From the NCBI GenBank assembly GCA_964016885.1, contig OZ024741.1:243722001-243786000 (forward strand): a stretch of 64,000 nucleotides of DNA, in the 5' to 3' direction. Both the position numbers and the translations under genes were made by a program. The notes under the pieces were generated by a model that worked only from the letters and a program-made list of their open reading frames with translations, searched no databases and had not been told where the DNA came from. Shown here piece by piece: positions 25,247-41,000 of the stretch; position 1 is the first letter of the stretch; each line of letters opens with the position of its first letter. Source of the DNA: Eledone cirrhosa. Lineage: Eukaryota.

Positions 25247-28210
25247 GCATGGGCAGCTTTTCTTGAAAATCACACCACACTCAGCAAATGTGTGTCTGCA
25301 CATGTACCAGTAATTACAGATCGATCCGACCACGGGCGGCCTGCCCACGATCGAAAAGGTAACTCCGCCGGCAAATTCGCATTTTTGTGATTCGTTTCTT
25401 CGAAGCACACCATTCGCTGGTGGACTTCAGCTTCCTCATTTAGCATGGGCAGCTTTTCTTGAAAATCACACCACTCACAGACTATGAGTGTCTGCACATG
25501 TACCACTAATTACAGATCGATACGACCACGGGCGGCCTGCCCACGATCGAAAAGGTAACTCCGCCGGCAAATTCGCATTTTTGTGATTCGTTTCTTCGAA
25601 GCACACCATTCGCTGGTGGACTTCAGCTTCCTCATTTAACATGGGCAGCTTTTCTTGAAAATCACACCACACTTAGCAAATGTGTGTCTGCACATGTACC
25701 AGTAATTACAGATCGATCCGCCCACGGGCGGCCGGCCCACGATCGAAAATGTAACTCCGCCGGCAAATTCGCATTTTTGTGATTCATTTCTTCGAAGCAC
25801 ACCATTCGCTGGTGGACTTCAGCTTCCTCATTTAGCATGGGCAGCTTTTCTTGAAAATCACACCACACACAGCAAATGTGTGTCTAAACAGGTACCAGTA
25901 ATTACAGATCGATCCGACCACGGACGGCTGGCCCAGGATCGAAAAGGTAACTCCGGCGGCAAATTCGCATTTTTGTGATTCGTTTCTTCGAAGCACACCA
26001 TTAGCCGCCGGACTTCAGCTTCCTCATTTAGCATGGGCAGCTTTTCTTGAAAATCACACCACACACAGCAAATGTGTGTCTGCACATGTACCAGTACGTA
26101 CAGATCGATCCGACCACGGGCGGCAGGCCCACATTCGAAAAGGTTACTCCGCCTGCAAATCGTCATTTTCGGATTCGTTTTCTTCGAAGCACACCATTCG
26201 CCGGCGGACTTCAGCTGCCTCATTTAGCATGGGCAGCTTTTCTTGAAAATCACACCTCACACAGCAAATGTGTCTCTGCACATGTACTAGTAATTACAGA
26301 TCGATCCGACCACGGGCAACCGGCCCACGATCGAAAAGGTAACTCCGGCGGCAAATTCGCATTTTTGTGATTCGTTTCTTCGAAGCACACCATTCGCCGC
26401 CGGACTTCAGCTTCCTCATTTAGCATGGGCAGCTTTTCTTGAAAATCACACCACACTCAGCAAATCTGTGTCTGCACATGTACCAGTAATTACAGATCGA
26501 TCCGACCACGGGCGGCCTGCCCACGATCGAAAAGGTAACCCCGCCGGCAAATTCGCATTTTTGCGATTCGTTTCTTCGAAGCACACCATTCGCTGGTGGA
26601 CTTCAGCTTCCTCATTTAACATGGGCAGCTTTTCTTGAAAATCACACCACACTCAGCAAATGTGTGTCTGCACATGTACCAGTAATTACAGATCGATCCG
26701 CCCATGGGCGGCCGGCCCACGATCGAAAATGTAACTCCGCCGGCAAATTCGCATTTTTGTGATTCGTTTCTTCGAAGCACACCATTTGCTGGTGGACTTC
26801 AGCTTCCTCATTTAGCGTGGGCAGCTTTTCTTGAAAATCACACCACTCACAGACAATGAGTCTCTGCACATGTACCACTAATTACAGATCGATACGACCA
26901 CGGGCGGCCTGCCCACGATCGAAAAGGTAACTCCGCCGGCAAATCCGCATTTTTGTGATTCGTTTCTTCGAAGCACACCATTCGCCGCCGGACTTCAGCT
27001 TCCTCATTTAGCATGGGCAGCTTTTCTTAAAAATCACACCACACTCAGCAAATGTGTGTCTGCACATGTAGCAGTAATTACAGATCGATCCGCCCACGGG
27101 CGGCCGGCCCACGATCGAAAAAGGTAACTCCGCCGGCAAATTCGCATTTTTGTGATTCGTTTCTTCGAAGCACACCATTCGCTGGTGGACTTCAGCTTCC
27201 TCATTTAGCATGGGCAGCTTTTCTTGAAAATCACACCACTCACAGACTATGAGTCTCTGCACATGTACCACTAATTACAGATCGATACGACCACGGGCGG
27301 CCTGCCCACGATCGAAAAGGTAACTCCGCCGGCAAATCCGCATTTTTGTGATTCGTTTCTTCGAAGCACACCATTCGCCGCCGGACTTCAGCTTCCTCAT
27401 TTAGCATGGGCAGCTTTTCTTAAAAATCACACCACACTCAGCAAATGTGTGTCTGCACATGTACCAGTAATTACAGATCGATCCGACCACGGGCGGCCTG
27501 CCCACGATCGAAAAGGTAACTCCGCCGGCAAATTCGCATTTTTGCGATTCGTTTCTTCGAAGCACACCATTCGCTGGTGGACTTCAGCTTCCTCATTTAA
27601 CATGGGCAGCTTTTCTTGAAAATCACACCACACTCAGCAAATGTGTGTCTGCACATGTACCAGTAATTACAGATCGATCCGCCCACGGGCGGCCGGCCCA
27701 CGATCGAAAATGTAACTCCGCCGGCAAATTCGCATTTTTGTGATTCATTTCTTCGAAGCACACCATTCGCTGGTGGACTTCAGCTTCCTCATTTAGCATG
27801 GGCAGCTTTTCTTGAAAATCACACCACACACAGCAAATGTGTGTCTACACAGGTACCAGTAATTACAGATCGATCCGACCACGGACGGCTGGCCCAGGAT
27901 CGAAAAGGTAACTCCGCCGGCAAATTCGCATTTTTGTGATTCGTTTCTTCGAAGCACACCATTCGCCGCCGGACTTCAGCTTCCTCATTTAGCATGGGCA
28001 GCTTTTCTTGAAAATCACACCACTCACAGCAAATGTGTGTCTGCACATGTACCCGTAATTACAGATCGATCCGACAACGGGCGGCCGGCCCACGATCGAA
28101 AAGGTAACTCCGCCGCCAAAGTCGCATTTTTGTGATTCGTTTCTTCGAAGCACACTATTCGCTGGTGGACTTCAGCTTCCTCATTTAGCATGGGCAGCTT
28201 TTCTTGAAAA

Positions 28211-31200
28211 TCACACCACACACAGCAAATGTGTGTCTGCACATTTACCAGTAATTACAGATCGATCCGACCACGGGCGGCCGGCCCACGATCGAAAAGG
28301 TAACTCCGCCGGCAAATTCGCATTTTTGTGATTCGTTTCTTCGAAGCACACCATTCGCCGCCGGACTTCAGCTTCCTCATTTAGCATGGGCAGCTTTTCT
28401 TGAAAATCACACCACACACAGCAAATGTGTGTCTGCACAGGTACCAGTAATTACAGATCGATCCGACCACGAACGGCTGGCCCACGATCGAAAAGGTAAC
28501 TCCGCCGGCAAATCCTAATTTTTGTGATTCGTTTCTTCGAAGCACACCATTCGCCGCCGGACTTCAGCTGCCTCATTTAGCATGGGCAGCTTTTCTTGAA
28601 AATCACACCACTCACAGCCAATGAGTCTCTGCACAAGTACCACTAATTACAGATCGATACGACCAGGGGCGGCCTGCCCACGATCGAAAAGGTAACTCCG
28701 CCGGCAAATCCGCATTTTTGTGATTCGTTTCTTCGAAGCACACCATTCGCCGCCGGACTTCAGCTTCCTCATTTAGCAGGGGCAGCTTTTCTTAAAAATC
28801 ACACCACACTCAGCAAATGTGTGTCTGCACATGTACCAGTAATTACAGATCGATCCGACCACGGGCGGCCTGCCCACGATCGAAAAGGTAACTCCGCCGG
28901 CAAATTCGCATTTTTGTGATTCGTTTCTTCGAAGCACACCATTCGCTGGTGGACTTCAGCTTCCTCATTTAACATGGGCAGCTTTTCTTGAAAATCACAC
29001 CACACTTAGCAAATGTGTGTCTGCACATGTAGCAGTAATTACAGATCGATCCGCCCACGGGCGGCCGGCCCACGATCGAAAAAGGTAACTCCGCCGGCAA
29101 ATTCGCATTTTTGTGATTCGTTTCTTCGAAGCACACCATTCGCTGGTGGACTTCAGCTTCCTCATTTAGCATGGGCAGCTTTTCTTGAAAATCACACCAC
29201 TCACAGACTATGAGTCTCTGCACATGTACCACTAATTACAGATCGATACGACCACGGGCGGCCTGCCCACGATCGAAAAGGTAACTCCGCCGGCAAATCC
29301 GCATTTTTGTGATTCGTTTCTTCGAAGCACACCATTCGCCGCCGGACTTCAGCTTCCTCATTTAGCATGGGCAGCTTTTCTTAAAAATCACACCACACTC
29401 AGCAAATGTGTGTCTGCACATGTACCAGTAATTACAGATCGATCCGACCACGGGCGGCCTGCCCACGATCGAAAAGGTAACTCCGCCGGCAAATTCGCAT
29501 TTTTGCGATTCGTTTCTTCGAAGCACACCATTCGCTGGTGGACTTCAGCTTCCTCATTTAACATGGGCAGCTTTTCTTGAAAATCACACCACACTCAGCA
29601 AATGTGTGTCTGCACATGTACCAGTAATTACAGATCGATCCGCCCACGGGCGGCCGGCCCACGATCGAAAATGTAACTCCGCCGGCAAATTCGCATTTTT
29701 GTGATTCATTTCTTCGAAGCACACCATTCGCTGGTGGACTTCAGCTTCCTCATTTAGCATGGGCAGCTTTTCTTGAAAATCACACCACACACAGCAAATG
29801 TGTGTCTGCACATGTAGCAGTAATTACAGATCGATCCGCCCACGGGCGGCCGGCCCACGATCGAAAAAGGTAACTCCGCCGGCAAATTCGCATTTTTGTG
29901 ATTCGTTTCTTCGAAGCACACCATTCGCTGGTGGACTTCAGCTTCCTCATTTAACATGGGCAGCTTTTCTTGAAAATCACACCACACTTAGCAAATGTGT
30001 GTCTGCACATGTAGCAGTAATTACAGATCGATCCGCCCACGGGCGGCCGGCCCACGATCGAAAAAGGTAACTCCGCCGGCAAATTCGCATTTTTGTGATT
30101 CGTTTCTTCGAAGCACACCATTCGCTGGTGGACTTCAGCTTCCTCATTTAGCATGGGCAGCTTTTCTTGAAAATCACACCACTCACAGACTATGAGTCTC
30201 TGCACATGTACCACTAATTACAGATCGATACGACCACGGGCGGCCTGCCCACGATCGAAAAGGTAACTCCGCCGGCAAATCCGCATTTTTGTGATTCGTT
30301 TCTTCGAAGCACACCATTCGCCGCCGGACTTCAGCTTCCTCATTTAGCATGGGCAGCTTTTCTTAAAAATCACACCACACTCAGCAAATGTGTGTCTGCA
30401 CATGTACCAGTAATTACAGATCGATCCGACCACGGGCGGCCTGCCCACGATCGAAAAGGTAACTCCGCCGGCAAATTCGCATTTTTGCGATTCGTTTCTT
30501 CGAAGCACACCATTCGCTGGTGGACTTCAGCTTCCTCATTTAACATGGGCAGCTTTTCTTGAAAATCACACCACACTCAGCAAATGTGTGTCTGCACATG
30601 TACCAGTAATTACAGATCGATCCGCCCACGGGCGGCCGGCCCACGATCGAAAATGTAACTCCGCCGGCAAATTCGCATTTTTGTGATTCATTTCTTCGAA
30701 GCACACCATTCGCTGGTGGACTTCAGCTTCCTCATTTAGCATGGGCAGCTTTTCTTGAAAATCACACCACACACAGCAAATGTGTGTCTACACAGGTACC
30801 AGTAATTACAGATCGATCCGACCACGGACGGCTGGCCCAGGATCGAAAAGGTAACTCCGCCGGCAAATTCGCATTTTTGTGATTCGTTTCTTCGAAGCAC
30901 ACCATTCGCCGCCGGACTTCAGCTTCCTCATTTAGCATGGGCAGCTTTTCTTGAAAATCACACCACACACAGCAAATGTGTGTCTGCACATGTACCAGTA
31001 CGTACAGATCGATCCGACCACGGGCGGCAGGCCCACATTCGAAAAGGTTACTCCGCCTGCAAATCGTCATTTTCGGATTCGTTTTCTTCGAAGCACACCA
31101 TTCGCCGGCGGACTTCAGCTGCCTCATTTAGCATGGGCAGCTTTTCTTGAAAATCACACCTCACACAGCAAATGTGTCTCTGCACATGTACTAGTAATTA

Positions 31201-34200
31201 CAGATCGATCCGACCACGGGCAACCGGCCCACGATCGAAAAGGTAACTCCGGCGGCAAATTCGCATTTTTGTGATTCGTTTCTTCGAAGCACACCATTCG
31301 CCGCCGGACTTCAGCTTCCTCATTTAGCATGGGCAGCTTTTCTTGAAAATCACACCACACTCAGCAAATGTGTGTCTGCACATGTACCAGTAATTACAGA
31401 TCGATCCGACCACGGGCGGCCTGCCCACGATCGAAAAGGTAACTCCGCCGGCAAATTCGCATTTTTGTGATTCGTTTCTTCGAAGCACACCATTCGCTGG
31501 TGGACTTCAGCTTCCTCATTTAGCATGGGCAGCTTTTCTTGAAAATCACACCACTCACAGACTATGAGTGTCTGCACATGTACCACTAATTACAGATCGA
31601 TACGACCAAGGGCGGCCTGCCCACGATCGAAAAGGTAACTCCGCCGGCAAATCCGCATTTTTGTGATTCGTTTCTTCGAAGCACACCATTCGCCGCCGGA
31701 CTTCAGCTTCCTCATTTAGCATGGGCAGCTTTTCTTAAAAATCACACCACACTCAGCAAATGTGTGTCTGCACATGTAGCAGTAATTACAGATCGATCCG
31801 CCCACGGGCGGCCGGCCCACGATCGAAAAAGGTAACTCCGCCGGCAAATTCGCATTTTTGTGATTCGTTTCTTCGAAGCACACCATTCGCTGGTGGACTT
31901 CAGCTTCCTCATTTAGCATGGGCAGCTTTTCTTGAAAATCACAACACTCACAGACTATGAGTCTCTGCACATGTACCACTAATTACAGATCGATACGACC
32001 ACGGGCGGCCTGCCCACGATCGAAAAGGTAACTCCGCCGGCAAATCCGCATTTTTGTGATTCGTTTCTTCGAAGCACACCATTCGCCGCCGGACTTCAGC
32101 TTCCTCATTTAGCATGGGCAGCTTTTCTTAAAAATCACACCACACTCAGCAAATGTGTGTCTGCACATGTACCAGTAATTACAGATCGATCCGACCACGG
32201 GCGGCCTGCCCACGATCGAAAAGGTAACTCCGCCGGCAAATTCGCATTTTTGCGATTCGTTTCTTCGAAGCACACCATTCGCTGGTGGACTTCAGCTTCC
32301 TCATTTAACATGGGCAGCTTTTCTTGAAAATCACACCACACTCAACAAATGTGTGTCTGCACATGTACCAGTAATTACAGATCGATCCGCCCACGGGCGG
32401 CCGGCCCACGATCGAAAATGTAACTCCGCCGGCAAATTCGCATTTTTGTGATTCATTTCTTCGAAGCACACCATTCGCTGGTGGACTTCAGCTTCCTCAT
32501 TTAGCATGGGCAGCTTTTCTTGAAAATCACACCACACACAGCAAATGTGTGTCTACACAGGTACCAGTAATTACAGATCGATCCGACCACGGACGGCTGG
32601 CCCAGGATCGAAAAGGTAACTCCGCCGGCAAATTCGCATTTTTGTGATTCGTTTCTTCGAAGCACACCATTCGCCGCCGGACTTCAGCTTCCTCATTTAG
32701 CATGGGCAGCTTTTCTTGAAAATCACACCACTCACAGCAAATGTGTGTCTGCACATGTACCAGTAATTACAGATCGATCCGACAACGGGCGGCCGGCCCA
32801 CGATCGAAAAGGTAACTCCGCCGCCAAAGTCGCATTTTTGTGATTCGTTTCTTCGAAGCACACTATTCGCTGGTGGACTTCAGCTTCCTCATTTAGCATG
32901 GGCAGCTTTTCTTGAAAATCACACCACACACAGCAAATGTGTGTCTGCACATTTACCAGTAATTACAGATCGATCCGACCACGGGCGGCCGGCCCACGAT
33001 CGAAAAGGTAACTCCGCCGGCAAATTCGCATTTTTGTGATTCGTTTCTTCGAAGCACACCATTCGCCGCCGGACTTCAGCTTCCTCATTTAGCATGGGCA
33101 GCTTTTCTTGAAAATCACACCACACACAGCAAATGTGTGTCTGCACATTTACCAGTAATTACAGATCGATCCGACCACGGGCGGCCGGCCCACGATCGAA
33201 AAGGTAACTCCGCCGGCAAATTCGCATTTTTGTGATTCGTTTCTTCGAAGCACACCATTCGCCGCCGGACTTCAGCTTCCTCATTTAGCATGGGCAGCTT
33301 TTCTTGAAAATCACACCACACACAGCAAATGTGTGTCTGCACAGGTACCAGTAATTACAGATCGATCCGACCACGAACGGCTGGCCCACGATCGAAAAGG
33401 TAACTCCGCCGGCAAATCCTAATTTTTGTGATTCGTTTCTTCGAAGCACACCATTCGCCGCCGGACTTCAGCTGCCTCATTTAGCATGGGCAGCTTTTCT
33501 TGAAAATCACACCACTCACAGCCAATGAGTCTCTGCACAAGTACCACTAATTACAGATCGATACGACCAGGGGCGGCCTGCCCACGATCGAAAAGGTAAC
33601 TCCGCCGGCAAATCCGCATTTTTGTGATTCGTTTCTTCGAAGCACACCATTCGCCGCCGGACTTCAGCTTCCTCATTTAGCAGGGGCAGCTTTTCTTAAA
33701 AATCACACCACACTCAGCAAATGTGTGTCTGCACATGTACCAGTAATTACAGATCGATCCGACCACGGGCGGCCTGCCCACGATCGAAAAGGTAACTCCG
33801 CCGGCAAATTCGCATTTTTGTGATTCGTTTCTTCGAAGCACACCATTCGCTGGTGGACTTCAGCTTCCTCATTTAACATGGGCAGCTTTTCTTGAAAATC
33901 ACACCACACTTAGCAAATGTGTGTCTGCACATGTAGCAGTAATTACAGATCGATCCGCCCACGGGCGGCCGGCCCACGATCGAAAAAGGTAACTCCGCCG
34001 GCAAATTCGCATTTTTGTGATTCGTTTCTTCGAAGCACACCATTCGCTGGTGGACTTCAGCTTCCTCATTTAGCATGGGCAGCTTTTCTTGAAAATCACA
34101 CCACTCACAGACTATGAGTCTCTGCACATGTACCACTAATTACAGATCGATACGACCACGGGCGGCCTGCCCACGATCGAAAAGGTAACTCCGCCGGCAA

Positions 34201-37200
34201 ATCCGCATTTTTGTGATTCGTTTCTTCGAAGCACACCATTCGCCGCCGGACTTCAGCTTCCTCATTTAGCATGGGCAGCTTTTCTTAAAAATCACACCAC
34301 ACTCAGCAAATGTGTGTCTGCACATGTACCAGTAATTACAGATCGATCCGACCACGGGCGGCCTGCCCACGATCGAAAAGGTAACTCCGCCGGCAAATTC
34401 GCATTTTTGCGATTCGTTTCTTCGAAGCACACCATTCGCTGGTGGACTTCAGCTTCCTCATTTAACATGGGCAGCTTTTCTTGAAAATCACACCACACTC
34501 AGCAAATGTGTGTCTGCACATGTACCAGTAATTACAGATCGATCCGCCCACGGGCGGCCGGCCCACGATCGAAAATGTAACTCCGCCGGCAAATTCGCAT
34601 TTTTGTGATTCATTTCTTCGAAGCACACCATTCGCTGGTGGACTTCAGCTTCCTCATTTAGCATGGGCAGCTTTTCTTGAAAATCACACCACACACAGCA
34701 AATGTGTGTCTGCACATGTAGCAGTAATTACAGATCGATCCGCCCACGGGCGGCCGGCCCACGATCGAAAAAGGTAACTCCGCCGGCAAATTCGCATTTT
34801 TGTGATTCGTTTCTTCGAAGCACACCATTCGCTGGTGGACTTCAGCTTCCTCATTTAACATGGGCAGCTTTTCTTGAAAATCACACCACACTTAGCAAAT
34901 GTGTGTCTGCACATGTAGCAGTAATTACAGATCGATCCGCCCACGGGCGGCCGGCCCACGATCGAAAAAGGTAACTCCGCCGGCAAATTCGCATTTTTGT
35001 GATTCGTTTCTTCGAAGCACACCATTCGCTGGTGGACTTCAGCTTCCTCATTTAGCATGGGCAGCTTTTCTTGAAAATCACACCACTCACAGACTATGAG
35101 TCTCTGCACATGTACCACTAATTACAGATCGATACGACCACGGGCGGCCTGCCCACGATCGAAAAGGTAACTCCGCCGGCAAATCCGCATTTTTGTGATT
35201 CGTTTCTTCGAAGCACACCATTCGCCGCCGGACTTCAGCTTCCTCATTTAGCATGGGCAGCTTTTCTTAAAAATCACACCACACTCAGCAAATGTGTGTC
35301 TGCACATGTACCAGTAATTACAGATCGATCCGACCACGGGCGGCCTGCCCACGATCGAAAAGGTAACTCCGCCGGCAAATTCGCATTTTTGCGATTCGTT
35401 TCTTCGAAGCACACCATTCGCTGGTGGACTTCAGCTTCCTCATTTAACATGGGCAGCTTTTCTTGAAAATCACACCACACTCAGCAAATGTGTGTCTGCA
35501 CATGTACCAGTAATTACAGATCGATCCGCCCACGGGCGGCCGGCCCACGATCGAAAATGTAACTCCGCCGGCAAATTCGCATTTTTGTGATTCATTTCTT
35601 CGAAGCACACCATTCGCTGGTGGACTTCAGCTTCCTCATTTAGCATGGGCAGCTTTTCTTGAAAATCACACCACACACAGCAAATGTGTGTCTACACAGG
35701 TACCAGTAATTACAGATCGATCCGACCACGGACGGCTGGCCCAGGATCGAAAAGGTAACTCCGCCGGCAAATTCGCATTTTTGTGATTCGTTTCTTCGAA
35801 GCACACCATTCGCCGCCGGACTTCAGCTTCCTCATTTAGCATGGGCAGCTTTTCTTGAAAATCACACCACACACAGCAAATGTGTGTCTGCACATGTACC
35901 AGTACGTACAGATCGATCCGACCACGGGCGGCAGGCCCACATTCGAAAAGGTTACTCCGCCTGCAAATCGTCATTTTCGGATTCGTTTTCTTCGAAGCAC
36001 ACCATTCGCCGGCGGACTTCAGCTGCCTCATTTAGCATGGGCAGCTTTTCTTGAAAATCACACCTCACACAGCAAATGTGTCTCTGCACATGTACTAGTA
36101 ATTACAGATCGATCCGACCACGGGCAACCGGCCCACGATCGAAAAGGTAACTCCGGCGGCAAATTCGCATTTTTGTGATTCGTTTCTTCGAAGCACACCA
36201 TTCGCCGCCGGACTTCAGCTTCCTCATTTAGCATGGGCAGCTTTTCTTGAAAATCACACCACACTCAGCAAATGTGTGTCTGCACATGTACCAGTAATTA
36301 CAGATCGATCCGACCACGGGCGGCCTGCCCACGATCGAAAAGGTAACTCCGCCGGCAAATTCGCATTTTTGTGATTCGTTTCTTCGAAGCACACCATTCG
36401 CTGGTGGACTTCAGCTTCCTCATTTAGCATGGGCAGCTTTTCTTGAAAATCACACCACTCACAGACTATGAGTGTCTGCACATGTACCACTAATTACAGA
36501 TCGATACGACCAAGGGCGGCCTGCCCACGATCGAAAAGGTAACTCCGCCGGCAAATCCGCATTTTTGTGATTCGTTTCTTCGAAGCACACCATTCGCCGC
36601 CGGACTTCAGCTTCCTCATTTAGCATGGGCAGCTTTTCTTAAAAATCACACCACACTCAGCAAATGTGTGTCTGCACATGTAGCAGTAATTACAGATCGA
36701 TCCGCCCACGGGCGGCCGGCCCACGATCGAAAAAGGTAACTCCGCCGGCAAATTCGCATTTTTGTGATTCGTTTCTTCGAAGCACACCATTCGCTGGTGG
36801 ACTTCAGCTTCCTCATTTAGCATGGGCAGCTTTTCTTGAAAATCACAACACTCACAGACTATGAGTCTCTGCACATGTACCACTAATTACAGATCGATAC
36901 GACCACGGGCGGCCTGCCCACGATCGAAAAGGTAACTCCGCCGGCAAATCCGCATTTTTGTGATTCGTTTCTTCGAAGCACACCATTCGCCGCCGGACTT
37001 CAGCTTCCTCATTTAGCATGGGCAGCTTTTCTTAAAAATCACACCACACTCAGCAAATGTGTGTCTGCACATGTACCAGTAATTACAGATCGATCCGACC
37101 ACGGGCGGCCTGCCCACGATCGAAAAGGTAACTCCGCCGGCAAATTCGCATTTTTGCGATTCGTTTCTTCGAAGCACACCATTCGCTGGTGGACTTCAGC

Positions 37201-38018
37201 TTCCTCATTTAACATGGGCAGCTTTTCTTGAAAATCACACCACACTCAACAAATGTGTGTCTGCACATGTACCAGTAATTACAGATCGATCCGCCCACGG
37301 GCGGCCGGCCCACGATCGAAAATGTAACTCCGCCGGCAAATTCGCATTTTTGTGATTCATTTCTTCGAAGCACACCATTCGCTGGTGGACTTCAGCTTCC
37401 TCATTTAGCATGGGCAGCTTTTCTTGAAAATCACACCACACACAGCAAATGTGTGTCTACACAGGTACCAGTAATTACAGATCGATCCGACCACGGACGG
37501 CTGGCCCAGGATCGAAAAGGTAACTCCGCCGGCAAATTCGCATTTTTGTGATTCGTTTCTTCGAAGCACACCATTCGCCGCCGGACTTCAGCTTCCTCAT
37601 TTAGCATGGGCAGCTTTTCTTGAAAATCACACCACTCACAGCAAATGTGTGTCTGCACATGTACCAGTAATTACAGATCGATCCGACAACGGGCGGCCGG
37701 CCCACGATCGAAAAGGTAACTCCGCCGCCAAAGTCGCATTTTTGTGATTCGTTTCTTCGAAGCACACTATTCGCTGGTGGACTTCAGCTTCCTCATTTAG
37801 CATGGGCAGCTTTTCTTGAAAATCACACCACACACAGCAAATGTGTGTCTGCACATTTACCAGTAATTACAGATCGATCCGACCACGGGCGGCCGGCCCA
37901 CGATCGAAAAGGTAACTCCGCCGGCAAATTCGCATTTTTGTGATTCGTTTCTTCGAAGCACACCATTCGCCGCCGGACTTCAGCTTCCTCATTTAGCATG
38001 GGCAGCTTTTCTTGAAAA
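28211..38018 (+). repeat. Tandem duplication of a 25-monomer (4904 bp) block
   Basis: ORF offsets of 4904 (28211/33115, 29754/34658, 31716/36620, 32919/37823). 4904 = 25x196 + 4, matching four 197-bp monomers per unit. The private variant CACAACAC occurs at 31944 and 36848. Confidence 0.92.
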
Positions 38019-41000
38019 TCACACCACACACAGCAGATGTGTGTCTGCACAGGTACCAGTAATTACAGATCGATCCGCCCACGGGCGGCCGGCCCACGAT
38101 CGAAAATGTAACTCCGCCGGCAAATTCGCATTTTTGTGATTCATTTCTTCGAAGCACACCATTCGCTGGTGGACTTCAGCTTCCTCATTTAGCATGGGCA
38201 GCTTTTCTTGAAAATCACACCACACACAGCAAATGTGTGTCTGCACATGTAGCAGTAATTACAGATCGATCCGCCCACGGGCGGCCGGCCCACGATCGAA
38301 AAAGGTAACTCCGCCGGCAAATTCGCATTTTTGTGATTCGTTTCTTCGAAGCACACCATTCGCTGGTGGACTTCAGCTTCCTCATTTAACATGGGCAGCT
38401 TTTCTTGAAAATCACACCACACTTAGCAAATGTGTGTCTGCACATGTAGCAGTAATTACAGATCGATCCGCCCACGGGCGGCCGGCCCACGATCGAAAAA
38501 GGTAACTCCGCCGGCAAATTCGCATTTTTGTGATTCGTTTCTTCGAAGCACACCATTCGCTGGTGGACTTCAGCTTCCTCATTTAGCATGGGCAGCTTTT
38601 CTTGAAAATCACACCACTCACAGACTATGAGTCTCTGCACATGTACCACTAATTACAGATCGATACGACCACGGGCGGCCTGCCCACGATCGAAAAGGTA
38701 ACTCCGCCGGCAAATCCGCATTTTTGTGATTCGTTTCTTCGAAGCACACCATTCGCCGCCGGACTTCAGCTTCCTCATTTAGCATGGGCAGCTTTTCTTA
38801 AAAATCACACCACACTCAGCAAATGTGTGTCTGCACATGTACCAGTAATTACAGATCGATCCGACCACGGGCGGCCTGCCCACGATCGAAAAGGTAACTC
38901 CGCCGGCAAATTCGCATTTTTGCGATTCGTTTCTTCGAAGCACACCATTCGCTGGTGGACTTCAGCTTCCTCATTTAACATGGGCAGCTTTTCTTGAAAA
39001 TCACACCACACTCAGCAAATGTGTGTCTGCACATGTACCAGTAATTACAGATCGATCCGCCCACGGGCGGCCGGCCCACGATCGAAAATGTAACTCCGCC
39101 GGCAAATTCGCATTTTTGTGATTCATTTCTTCGAAGCACACCATTCGCTGGTGGACTTCAGCTTCCTCATTTAGCATGGGCAGCTTTTCTTGAAAATCAC
39201 ACCACACACAGCAAATGTGTGTCTACACAGGTACCAGTAATTACAGATCGATCCGACCACGGACGGCTGGCCCAGGATCGAAAAGGTAACTCCGCCGGCA
39301 AATTCGCATTTTTGTGATTCGTTTCTTCGAAGCACACCATTCGCCGCCGGACTTCAGCTTCCTCATTTAGCATGGGCAGCTTTTCTTGAAAATCACACCA
39401 CACACAGCAAATGTGTGTCTGCACATGTACCAGTACGTACAGATCGATCCGACCACGGGCGGCAGGCCCACATTCGAAAAGGTTACTCCGCCTGCAAATC
39501 GTCATTTTCGGATTCGTTTTCTTCGAAGCACACCATTCGCCGGCGGACTTCAGCTGCCTCATTTAGCATGGGCAGCTTTTCTTGAAAATCACACCTCACA
39601 CAGCAAATGTGTCTCTGCACATGTACTAGTAATTACAGATCGATCCGACCACGGGCAACCGGCCCACGATCGAAAAGGTAACTCCGGCGGCAAATTCGCA
39701 TTTTTGTGATTCGTTTCTTCGAAGCACACCATTCGCCGCCGGACTTCAGCTTCCTCATTTAGCATGGGCAGCTTTTCTTGAAAATCACACCACACTCAGC
39801 AAATGTGTGTCTGCACATGTACCAGTAATTACAGATCGATCCGACCACGGGCGGCCTGCCCACGATCGAAAAGGTAACTCCGCCGGCAAATTCGCATTTT
39901 TGTGATTCGTTTCTTCGAAGCACACCATTCGCTGGTGGACTTCAGCTTCCTCATTTAGCATGGGCAGCTTTTCTTGAAAATCACACCACTCACAGACTAT
40001 GAGTGTCTGCACATGTACCACTAATTACAGATCGATACGACCAAGGGCGGCCTGCCCACGATCGAAAAGGTAACTCCGCCGGCAAATCCGCATTTTTGTG
40101 ATTCGTTTCTTCGAAGCACACCATTCGCCGCCGGACTTCAGCTTCCTCATTTAGCATGGGCAGCTTTTCTTAAAAATCACACCACACTCAGCAAATGTGT
40201 GTCTGCACATGTAGCAGTAATTACAGATCGATCCGCCCACGGGCGGCCGGCCCACGATCGAAAAAGGTAACTCCGCCGGCAAATTCGCATTTTTGTGATT
40301 CGTTTCTTCGAAGCACACCATTCGCTGGTGGACTTCAGCTTCCTCATTTAGCATGGGCAGCTTTTCTTGAAAATCACAACACTCACAGACTATGAGTCTC
40401 TGCACATGTACCACTAATTACAGATCGATACGACCACGGGCGGCCTGCCCACGATCGAAAAGGTAACTCCGCCGGCAAATCCGCATTTTTGTGATTCGTT
40501 TCTTCGAAGCACACCATTCGCCGCCGGACTTCAGCTTCCTCATTTAGCATGGGCAGCTTTTCTTAAAAATCACACCACACTCAGCAAATGTGTGTCTGCA
40601 CATGTACCAGTAATTACAGATCGATCCGACCACGGGCGGCCTGCCCACGATCGAAAAGGTAACTCCGCCGGCAAATTCGCATTTTTGCGATTCGTTTCTT
40701 CGAAGCACACCATTCGCTGGTGGACTTCAGCTTCCTCATTTAACATGGGCAGCTTTTCTTGAAAATCACACCACACTCAACAAATGTGTGTCTGCACATG
40801 TACCAGTAATTACAGATCGATCCGCCCACGGGCGGCCGGCCCACGATCGAAAATGTAACTCCGCCGGCAAATTCGCATTTTTGTGATTCATTTCTTCGAA
40901 GCACACCATTCGCTGGTGGACTTCAGCTTCCTCATTTAGCATGGGCAGCTTTTCTTGAAAATCACACCACACACAGCAAATGTGTGTCTACACAGGTACC

